Of a stretch of 64,000 nucleotides of DNA, positions 26,164 to 33,996 are shown one piece after another. The DNA lies in NCBI GenBank assembly GCA_015056265.1, contig SVGR01000001.1, forward strand, positions 228-64,227. The letters run 5' to 3'. Every line of letters begins with the position of its first letter. Position 1 is the stretch's first letter. A program made the translations under genes and the position numbers. A model generated the notes under the pieces. It made no database searches. It saw nothing but the letters and a program-made list of their open reading frames with translations, and was not told the origin of the DNA. The stretch comes from Clostridiales bacterium (GTDB lineage Bacteria; Bacillota; Clostridia; Christensenellales; Aristaeellaceae).

Positions 26164-26220
26164 AATTCGTACTTTTTGGGATAATTCGTACTTTTTTTGA
26201 TGGATCATTCCGACTTTTTT
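26164..26220 (-). repeat. three direct repeats upstream of the SBP gene (candidate regulator sites)
   Basis: Plus-strand AATTCGTACTTTTT (26164), AATTCGTACTTTTTTT (26183) and CATTCCGACTTTTTT (26206). They lie 110-165 nt upstream of ATG 26053. Confidence 0.4.
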
Positions 26221-26247
26221 GCAGGACTTCCCGCCGCTTTCATTCCC

Positions 26248-26276
26248 AAAAAAATCCCGGCGCATCGACGCCGGGA
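26248..26276 (-). terminator. rho-independent terminator
   Basis: TCCCGGCG/CGCCGGGA stem followed by T7 on the minus strand. Confidence 0.65.
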
Positions 26277-26296
26277 CTGAATCCATTCTTACTTTT

Positions 26297-26500
26297 TTAC
26301 AAATGCACAATATCGAAGGACGCCGCCCGGGCCAACCGGTTCATCACTGCCAGTGCCTCCCCTTCCGCCTCCCAGCCTTGGGCCAGGATAAAAGTCGCCC
26401 CCTTTTCATCCAGTTCCCCATATTCCGGGGCTGCCAGCCCGGGCACGGCAATCGCAACAGACAGCATCAGACACAAGAAAATCAACCATCCTTTTTTCAT
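26297..26500 (-). pseudogene. 67-aa chimeric ORF: BNR-type signal peptide joined to a duplicated Sua5/TsaC C-terminus
   Basis: Residues 1-30 (MKKGWLIFLCLMLSVAIAVPGLAAPEYGEL) parallel the N-terminus of the 23423-24679 protein. Residues 28-67 (ELDEKGATFILAQGWEAEGEALAVMNRLARAASFDIVHL) copy the last 40 aa of the 28434-29450 protein. DNA 26297-26419 matches 28434-28556 with about 10 mismatches in 120 nt. Confidence 0.7.
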
Positions 26501-26566
26501 TCTTTTTTGATCCTTTCATTGTTTTTCTTATTCTTGTTTTGAGAAAACCAGTATACAAATCCGCTT

Positions 26567-28252
26567 TTATTTCACCACGTGAAGGGTCAGCTCAAATTGA
26601 TTCTTTTGCTTAAAATACTGATTGCGCACGGTAGAATAATATTCCACCGTTGCCTGGCTGCCGCCATCCCGCAAGTACATCATGGCCACCATCCCGGTAG
26701 CCCCGATCCGGGCGTCCAGATCCTGGGGATCGATGAGCATCTGGGTGACAATATTGCCGTGGTCGCCGGGGGTCTGGGTCACCACCACGTCGTCGGTAGA
26801 AATATGCCCGCTGATCACCAGCACAATATTTTCATGCTTACGGATCAGCTTATCCCACATTTCATCCCCGTCGTTGAGCCATGCACCGTTGAGGGAGGCG
26901 GCTACGGGATCCCCCGCCTCCAGCACGGTGCCATCCCAGTCCAGATAGGCATGGGTGGTGATGATCACATTATGATCGGGATGGGCGGCGATCACCTGAT
27001 CCGCCCACTGCAGCACCTCGTCCACGGCGCCGTAGTCCAGCACCATGATCAGGTATTTCAATCCGCCGGCTTCCACTGTGCGCCAGGCATTATCGATCTG
27101 GTCTTTGGAATACAGGCCCTCCAGGCTGGCTGCATAAGCCCCCGCGCCGAAGGCGTCGTTATAGAAATTGGAGCTGTCATGATTGCCCCGGCACAGGGTA
27201 TAGGGCACCACGCCGTCCATCTTGGCAATCTGCTCCTTGGCGGCCGTCCATTCCCGGGGCCGGTCGCCGTCGGTAATGTCCCCCAATCCCAACACGCAGG
27301 CCATCTTCTTTTCTGCTGCATTTTCTACAATCCAATCGTAAATGCAGGCAAGCTGATCGGTATAATGCCGGGTCACGGTCTGGGTATCCCCGATCAGAGC
27401 GAAGGAATAATCATACTCCGGGATATCCGGCCTTTGGGAAAACCAGTCTTTGCTTTCCGGATATACCCTGGGGGCTGCGGAATCCTTCTTTTTTTCTTCC
27501 GTTATTTCTTCTTCCGGGTTCTCCGCTTCTTCCACCGTAGGCAGCTGCACGTTATATGCCCGCAGATTGGTCACCGTCACATTGGTTCGATCCCAGGAAG
27601 TAAATTTGGCCCCCGGCAGGGCGGCCCAATCTGCCTTGGGAACAGCATAGGTAAGCAAGGGACGGCCCATGGTCATCCCTTTTTCCTTGATCCAGATTTT
27701 CACGGTTGTGTTCACATCGTCAATTACCCGTTCAACCCGCATGGTATAATCAGTGCGCATCTTCAGGCCGTTGAAGGATGTACCCGCCACATACAGCCAA
27801 TCGCTGCCGCCCTTACCTTTGTTGCCTTTATAAATCCCTATGCCGTATTTTTCCACATCCAGTTTCTGGCCGCTGCTGTTCCAGGCGGAATCATTGCCCG
27901 TCAGCCGGATCTGATAGCCTACCTGCGGGCTGAAGGAGCGATTATCAAAATAAAAGATAAACTGGCCCCAATTGCTCAGCTCTGTCACATTGAAATCGAA
28001 TTCCAAGGTTAAAATGGGATCAAAGTTTTTGTAGCTGTTTGTTCCGGATTTTTGCCGTGAAATATAGGCCTCGCCTTCGCCCCAGGCGGCATTATTGGAA
28101 CTGATCACCCGGATGGGGCCGGAAACGGTAAAAAGCGGCGCCGCCATGGCAGACAGCCCCCCGCCGTTTCCATTATCCTCCATCTGTGCAAAGGCAGAAA
28201 CCGCTGCCAGCGACAACATCAGCGACAACATCATAGCTACCATCCTTTTCAT
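26567..28252 (-). CDS. secreted calcineurin-like metallophosphoesterase with an N-terminal lectin/jelly-roll-like domain
   Basis: Has a signal peptide. ALIGDTQ, GLGDITDG, CRGNHD, TTHAYL and SGHIS are metallophosphoesterase motifs. The N-terminal ~240 aa form a beta-rich domain. Confidence 0.75.
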   Translation of the reverse strand: MKRMVAMMLSLMLSLAAVSAFAQMEDNGNGGGLSAMAAPLFTVSGPIRVISSNNAAWGEGEAYISRQKSGTNSYKNFDPILTLEFDFNVTELSNWGQFIFYFDNRSFSPQVGYQIRLTGNDSAWNSSGQKLDVEKYGIGIYKGNKGKGGSDWLYVAGTSFNGLKMRTDYTMRVERVIDDVNTTVKIWIKEKGMTMGRPLLTYAVPKADWAALPGAKFTSWDRTNVTVTNLRAYNVQLPTVEEAENPEEEITEEKKKDSAAPRVYPESKDWFSQRPDIPEYDYSFALIGDTQTVTRHYTDQLACIYDWIVENAAEKKMACVLGLGDITDGDRPREWTAAKEQIAKMDGVVPYTLCRGNHDSSNFYNDAFGAGAYAASLEGLYSKDQIDNAWRTVEAGGLKYLIMVLDYGAVDEVLQWADQVIAAHPDHNVIITTHAYLDWDGTVLEAGDPVAASLNGAWLNDGDEMWDKLIRKHENIVLVISGHISTDDVVVTQTPGDHGNIVTQMLIDPQDLDARIGATGMVAMMYLRDGGSQATVEYYSTVRNQYFKQKNQFELTLHVVK

Positions 28253-28400
28253 ACAATTATCCTCCTGTTCAGCGATTATTTCTTCCTATACGATATACAT
28301 GCTTCAAATCTGTTTTTATTTTACTCAAATCCATCAAAAGATACAATAGAAAAATACGATCATTTGATAGATTATTTCAACATCTCCCATCTCCGTACAA

Positions 28401-28428
28401 CAATCCCGGCAGATGCCTGCCGGGATTG
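28401..28428. terminator. 12-bp hairpin just after the tsaC stop
   Basis: CAATCCCGGCAG/CTGCCGGGATTG. The T-run lies on the plus-strand side only, so orientation is ambiguous. Confidence 0.4.
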
Positions 28429-28433
28429 TTTTC

Positions 28434-29450
28434 TTACATAGGAACAATATCAAAGGCCGACGCCCTGGCCATCCGGTTCATCACTGCCAGTGCCTCCCCT
28501 TCCGCCTCCCAGCCTTGGGCCAGGATAAAAGCCGCCCCCTTTTCATCCAGTTCCCGCAGCCGCTGAAAAAGCAGCTGCGCCCCCTCCCGGGGCGAATCCC
28601 CCAGAGAAAGACAGCGGCGGCTTCCAAAGGCCGGCAGGCAATGGGTCTGGGCCAGAATCCATCCGCCTTCACTCACATCATATCGGGCAATGATCGCTTC
28701 GATCACTTTTTCATCTTCCCCTGTGAACACCGTCATTTTCGCCTTGGGTGCGTAATGGCGATGCTTCATGCCGGGAGACGGGGCATGCTCTCCTGCCTGG
28801 AGGGGACGCATAATACTGGGGGCCAGGGTACAGTCCCCAGCAATTTGAGCAATCATTTCCCGGGTGATGGCCCCGGGGCGCAGCACGCAGGGCACATCCC
28901 CCGATACATCCAGCACCGTGGATTCCACTCCCACCCGGCAGCTGCCCCCCTCCAGAATCATGGGGATACGGCCCTGCATATCTTCATATACATGGGCGGC
29001 AGAGGTGGGGCTTGGCCGGCCCGACCGATTGGCGCTGGGGGCAGCGATGGGCAGGCCGCTTTCCCGGATCAGCTGTAGCGCCACCGGATGATTGGGGCAG
29101 CGTACCGCCACCGTATCCAGCCCGGCCGTGGTTACATCGGGCACGATGTCCTTCTTTTTCAGCAGCAAGGTCAGCGGCCCCGGCCAGAAGGCATCCATCA
29201 GTTTTTCCGCCGTTTCCGTCACCTGGCACAATTCTGTCAATTGGTTTTTATCCGCTACATGCACGATGAGCGGATTATCCGCCGGCCGCTCCTTGGCCGC
29301 AAAGATGGCTCGCACAGCATGTTCATCCAGGGCATTGGCGCCCAGGCCATACACTGTTTCGGTGGGGAAGGCCACCACCTGTCCTGCCTGCAATAGGGCA
29401 GCCGCCTGCTTCAGGCTCTCATCCCCAGCGGGATGACAAATCGTTTGCAT
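28434..29450 (-). CDS. tsaC: L-threonylcarbamoyladenylate synthase (Sua5/YwlC type, two-domain)
   Basis: VVAFPTETVYGLGANAL, PLIVHV and LTLLL motifs plus a Sua5 C-terminal domain. 338 aa. Confidence 0.9.
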   Translation of the reverse strand: MQTICHPAGDESLKQAAALLQAGQVVAFPTETVYGLGANALDEHAVRAIFAAKERPADNPLIVHVADKNQLTELCQVTETAEKLMDAFWPGPLTLLLKKKDIVPDVTTAGLDTVAVRCPNHPVALQLIRESGLPIAAPSANRSGRPSPTSAAHVYEDMQGRIPMILEGGSCRVGVESTVLDVSGDVPCVLRPGAITREMIAQIAGDCTLAPSIMRPLQAGEHAPSPGMKHRHYAPKAKMTVFTGEDEKVIEAIIARYDVSEGGWILAQTHCLPAFGSRRCLSLGDSPREGAQLLFQRLRELDEKGAAFILAQGWEAEGEALAVMNRMARASAFDIVPM

Positions 29451-29490
29451 AAATTCTCTTCCTTTTTATATATGCTTATTTTATATATGC

Positions 29491-29988
29491 TTATAAGCAT
29501 GCAGTCATTTTCCGAACTCGCTCCATCATGGGCCAGAGTACTGTTCCTACAGCCAGCCCGGCAATGGCCTGGCAGCCGTTGCCAAAGAGGCTGGTAGCCG
29601 CGGCAGCCGCGCCGTACAGCGCCGTCTCAAAGAGGAAATATCCCCCTACCATCAAGCACTCTGCCGCCGCCATGATCAGGACACGCCGCCACAGTACTTT
29701 GCTTTTGTTGCACAACACGCCGGCCATCATGCCCATCAGCCCTTTGATCACCGCCGTAGCGGGGGCATACAGCGCATATCCCAGCACCAGATCCGCAAGG
29801 GCACTGCCCGCCGCCGCTGCCGCCGCTGTCCAGGGGCCCAGCAACGCCCCGGCAGCCAGAATCAATCCGTCTCCCAGATTGCAGTAGCCTTTATCCATGG
29901 GAATGGGAATCTGTATAAATAACGTTGCAACGGCAATCAGCGCTGCCAGCATGGATGTATAAACCAGTGCTTTTATCCCCTTGTTCAC
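29491..29988 (-). CDS. ECF transporter S (substrate-capture) component
   Basis: 165 aa with about 5-6 TM segments. ...GYCNLGDGLILAAGALLGPW...ALADLVLGYALYAPATAVIKGLMG pattern. GTG start. Substrate not assignable. Confidence 0.6.
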   Translation of the reverse strand: MNKGIKALVYTSMLAALIAVATLFIQIPIPMDKGYCNLGDGLILAAGALLGPWTAAAAAAGSALADLVLGYALYAPATAVIKGLMGMMAGVLCNKSKVLWRRVLIMAAAECLMVGGYFLFETALYGAAAAATSLFGNGCQAIAGLAVGTVLWPMMERVRKMTACL

Positions 29989-30017
29989 GCTTCCTCAGCT
30001 CCTTCCTCAACGGCCAT

Positions 30018-30047
30018 ATCATAGGGCGTTTTGCATATATTTGTCAA
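30018..30047 (-). promoter_or_regulatory. putative promoter of the ECF-S gene
   Basis: On the minus strand, TTGACA (30047-30042), an 18-nt spacer and TATGAT (30023-30018). The leader is only about 20-30 nt. Confidence 0.45.
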
Positions 30048-30143
30048 GCGATTTCCCGGTTTTTTCTCTGTTTCTCTCCCATTGGCCCTTGTGCATTGGA
30101 AATGAATATGATATGATGATTTATGCAATACAGGAGGGGAAAT

Positions 30144-31004
30144 ATGGAATATTCCTTCTATTTCTATGCAAATCCATTCCAGCCCAGCAGCTTGGACGCC
30201 GCCCAAGCCCTGGAATGTGCCCTGAAGAAGAGGGGGGCGCGGGTCTATGCCCTGCCCTGGCTGTGCGAAAAGGGCGTAGGGCAGCCTGCGGATGAAAAGA
30301 TGCTGCCCGCCTCCGTTCGGGCGGTGGTGGCCTTTGGCGGGGACGGCACCTTGCTTCGCATTGCTGCCCGGGCGTCCAGGCAGAATCTGCCCCTGCTGGG
30401 GGTGCATACGGGCACAGTGGGCTTTCTCATGCCCGGGGATGCCGGCAATCCGGAGGAAACAGCGGCACTGCTGATGCAGGAGCATTATCCCCTCCGCTGT
30501 CAGCCCATGCTGGATGTAACATGGGGATCGCATCATTATCTGGCCCTCAATGACGTTTCTCTCACCCGCGGAGAGCATCCCGGCGTGGTGGAAACCAAAG
30601 TGCTGGCCGACGGAGAAACGGTATTCCGTGCCCGGGGGGATGGTGCAGTCATTTCCACGCCCCTTGGGGCCACCGCCTACGCCATGGCGGCTGGCGGGCC
30701 CATTGTGCGCCCGGATACTCCCTGCCTGCTGGCGGCGCCCTTGTGTGCGAGGGAACTGCTTTTGCGGCCGGTGGTGCTGCCCCTTACGGCAAGCATCACG
30801 CTGCAGGCCTGGGGCCATCAGCGCAGACGGCTGCAGCTGGCCATCGACGGGCAGCTGCTCTTTCCCATCGAGGATGAACTGCAGGTAGAAATCGCCCTTT
30901 CCTCCGTTCAGGCCCGGTTAATCACGCCGCCGACAAATCACGGCTTTTTCCATACCCTGCGGGTGAAGCAATTGAACTGGAACAAAGATGAAGAACAGGA
31001 GTGA
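30144..31004 (+). CDS. nadK: NAD kinase
   Basis: AGGAGGGGAAAT precedes the ATG. Contains the GGDGTLL motif (VVAFGGDGTLLRIA), and sits in the nadK-argR-recN gene order. Confidence 0.9.
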   Translation: MEYSFYFYANPFQPSSLDAAQALECALKKRGARVYALPWLCEKGVGQPADEKMLPASVRAVVAFGGDGTLLRIAARASRQNLPLLGVHTGTVGFLMPGDAGNPEETAALLMQEHYPLRCQPMLDVTWGSHHYLALNDVSLTRGEHPGVVETKVLADGETVFRARGDGAVISTPLGATAYAMAAGGPIVRPDTPCLLAAPLCARELLLRPVVLPLTASITLQAWGHQRRRLQLAIDGQLLFPIEDELQVEIALSSVQARLITPPTNHGFFHTLRVKQLNWNKDEEQE

Positions 31005-31008
31005 ACCC

Positions 31009-31458
31009 ATGAAAAACGCAAGACAAACGGCCATCCTGAGCATCATTGAGCAATACGACGTGGAGACCCAGGAAGATCTGGCCTACCGTCTCCGGGAAAT
31101 GGGCTTTGCAGTAACCCAAGCCACCGTCTCCCGGGATATCAAGGAACTGCGTCTGCTGAAGGTGCTCTCCTCCAAGGGCGGCTATAAATACGCCACCGCC
31201 GATAAAGCGGAGCACGGCCTGTCCGATCGGTTCGTGCGCATGTTTGTGGATTCTGTTTTGTCCATCACCTATGCGGGTAACATCATCGTGATCAAAACCC
31301 TGGCCGGCAGCGCCAACGTGGCCGCAGAAGCCATTGATTCCATGCGCTGGCCGGAAATCCTGGGCACCATGGCGGGGGACAACACCATCCTGGCCATCGT
31401 GCACAATGAAGTAGAGGCCGCAAAGACGGTGGATCGCTTCCAGGAAATGCTCAAGTGA
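31009..31458 (+). CDS. argR: arginine repressor
   Basis: RQTAILSIIEQYDVETQEDLAYRLREMGFAVTQATVSRDIKELRLLK together with the C-terminal GTMAGDNTILAIV. Confidence 0.9.
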   Translation: MKNARQTAILSIIEQYDVETQEDLAYRLREMGFAVTQATVSRDIKELRLLKVLSSKGGYKYATADKAEHGLSDRFVRMFVDSVLSITYAGNIIVIKTLAGSANVAAEAIDSMRWPEILGTMAGDNTILAIVHNEVEAAKTVDRFQEMLK

Positions 31459-31598
31459 AACGGCGGCAGCCGACGCCTGCTGAAATTCAGTATGCTTTTC
31501 CTCGCGGCGTATATGCCGCCGCTTCGGATTACAATGAACGGATCAACAGCCGTTTAGGCATCCAAAAGAAAAAGAACGCATGCATATGAGGTATCACC

Positions 31599-33260
31599 AT
31601 GCTGGTTTCTTTAAGCATTCGCAACATCGCCCTGATGGATGAAATGCAGGTGGAGTTTTCTAAAGGCCTGCACGTACTCACCGGTGAAACGGGCGCCGGC
31701 AAATCCATCATCGTGGACGCCATTTCCCTGCTGCTTGGGGGGCGGGCCCAGAAAGAATTGATCCGCAACGGCTGCGACAAAGCCCGGGTAGAGGGCGTAT
31801 TTGATTTATCCGATTGCCCCGGCATCCATGCCCTTTTGCAGCAACAGGAGCTGGACGAAAATGGGGAGGAACTGATCCTATCCCGGGATATCACCCTCCA
31901 GGGCCGCTCCTCCTGCCGGGTGAATGGGGCGCTGATGCCCCTGGCCCAGTATCAGCTCTTTACTGCCCTGCTGATGGATATCCACGGCCAGCACGAGCAT
32001 CAATCCCTAATGGATGAAAAGCGCCATCTGGGTTATTTAGATGCCTCCGGCGATGAAAATCACCAGGCGCTGCTGAAAACCATCCATGCTCACAGCGCCG
32101 CTTGGAAGGAAAGTAAATCCGCCCTGGAAAAGCTAAAAAAACAATCTGCCCAGGCTGCCGAGCGAACGGAGCTTTTGCGGCTCCGGCAAAAGGAACTGAA
32201 AAACGCCAAGCTCGTGCCCGGGGAGGAGGAGGACCTTTCCCGGGAGCGGGATCGCTACCGCAATGTGGAAAAGATTGAATCGGGACTGAGAGCGGCCTTT
32301 GACGCCGTATACGACGGCATGAACCCCGCCGCGGAAGCGCTCCGGGAGGCGGTGAACGCCCTCTCCCCCATCGAAAATCTGGATGATGAATATGCTGCGC
32401 TCCGCGCCCGGCTGGACGGCCTTTATTATGAAGCGGAGGATATCGGGCTGACGCTCAGGGATCTTCTTCGCAATCTGGATTCCGATCCTGACCGGCTGGA
32501 ATTTATCCAGGCCCGGCTGGATCTGATCCGCCGTCTTTCCCGGAAATATGGGGGAGCGGATACAAAAGAAATGGTGAAAAAGCTCACCGAAATTGAAGAA
32601 GAGCTTTCCGCCATGGAAAATATCGACGATCTGCTGGATGAGGCCGTCAAAAAGGAAAAGGCTGCCGCCCAGCAATATCAGAAAACTGCCCAGCAGCTGA
32701 CCCTGGCACGAAGGGCCCTGGCGCATAAATTCGAAAAAGAAATGGAAATCCAGCTGCGGGATCTGAATATGGCGGGAACAAAATTCCAGGTATCCCTGCC
32801 CCTCTGTCCCCCCGGCCCCCTGGGAAATGAAACCGCGGCTTTCCAGATCGCCCCCAATCGGGGCGAAGAAATGCAGCCCCTATCCAAAATCGCCTCCGGA
32901 GGCGAGCTTTCCCGGCTGATGCTGGCTATCAAATCCGTTGCTGCCAAACGGGATGGCGTTCCCTCCATGATATTTGACGAAATCGATACCGGCATTTCCG
33001 GCCGGGCCGCCCAGGTGGTAGGCGAAAAAATGGCCGCCATTGGCAGAGAACGCCAGGTGCTCTGCGTTACCCATCTGCAGCAGATTGCCGCCCTGGCCGA
33101 TCATCATTTCCTGGTGGAAAAATCGTTCGACGGAGAGCGTACCCGTACCCGCCTCACGCCCCTCACCGGCGAAAGCCGGGTGGCGGAAATCGCCCGAATG
33201 CTGGGCGGCGAGGATGAAAGCGCCAAAGCCCACGCCCGGGAAATGCTGAAAATAAAATAA
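31599..33260 (+). CDS. recN: DNA repair protein RecN
   Basis: MLVSLSIRNIALMDEMQVEFSKGLHVLTGETGAGKSIIVDAISLLLG, a long coiled coil, and the signature SGGELSRLMLA. Confidence 0.95.
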   Translation: MLVSLSIRNIALMDEMQVEFSKGLHVLTGETGAGKSIIVDAISLLLGGRAQKELIRNGCDKARVEGVFDLSDCPGIHALLQQQELDENGEELILSRDITLQGRSSCRVNGALMPLAQYQLFTALLMDIHGQHEHQSLMDEKRHLGYLDASGDENHQALLKTIHAHSAAWKESKSALEKLKKQSAQAAERTELLRLRQKELKNAKLVPGEEEDLSRERDRYRNVEKIESGLRAAFDAVYDGMNPAAEALREAVNALSPIENLDDEYAALRARLDGLYYEAEDIGLTLRDLLRNLDSDPDRLEFIQARLDLIRRLSRKYGGADTKEMVKKLTEIEEELSAMENIDDLLDEAVKKEKAAAQQYQKTAQQLTLARRALAHKFEKEMEIQLRDLNMAGTKFQVSLPLCPPGPLGNETAAFQIAPNRGEEMQPLSKIASGGELSRLMLAIKSVAAKRDGVPSMIFDEIDTGISGRAAQVVGEKMAAIGRERQVLCVTHLQQIAALADHHFLVEKSFDGERTRTRLTPLTGESRVAEIARMLGGEDESAKAHAREMLKIK

Positions 33261-33364
33261 GCATGCCTCTCAAAATCATGATAGACAGCGCCTGATTGGG
33301 AAATGATCGAAATATCTCATCGGGACCGCCGCCCTCTCATTACAATCAATGAAAAGTTCTGCCG

Positions 33365-33394
33365 AAAAAAGCCTTGGTAATCAGGGCTTTTTTT
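33365..33394 (+). terminator. recN terminator
   Basis: AAAAAAGCCTTG-gtaat-CAGGGCTTTTTTT. Confidence 0.7.
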
Positions 33395-33996
33395 ATGTGC
33401 AGGTTTATTCACGATGGCTTTCAATATTTTGTATAGAACATCGCATTACGTTGAAAAGCTGCAGTGGATTCTCTCAAAACGCAGTCTGCGTATCGGATGT
33501 AGGAACCACCAGGCATATTCCTTTTTCCTGCGGAATATATATGCGTTGTCTCGTCGGCTCAGCCTTTCATATTGTTTTTTTGCTGTTTTCATTCCATTTT
33601 GGCCATTCAAAAAAAGAAAAATATTTGGTCATTTTGACGGCTTGTCATTTGTTATATATATAATTAATTATTCCAGAAAATCAATTATCCGGACGTTTTT
33701 GCATTTTCTGAACGATTTTACCTTGAAAAAATGGTTTTAACAATTATTATTAATGTAACTTATGTTGATCAGATTGATCAATGCGTTCTTTTCCTTTTGT
33801 TCCTCTCTTCCCATCAGACTGAACACATCCGTTTTTTCCTGGCACGTTTAGTTTTCCCATCCCTGGCGGCTTCCCCGCCCAAGAGCCGCCGGAAGCAAGA
33901 TCATTCTTCGTTTTCAGGAAAAAGCCCGGATGTGATCGTTCCCCTGAAGGCGGTCTTCAGGGATAAAACCCAAAAACAAGAAAGGATGGTAGACCT

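Noticed and set aside
29989-30143. A possible riboswitch upstream of the ECF S-component gene, since ECF-S genes are often riboswitch-controlled.
   Set aside because: A good TTGACA-N18-TATGAT promoter lies only ~30 nt from the GTG start, leaving no room for an aptamer. No conserved riboswitch core was recognisable.
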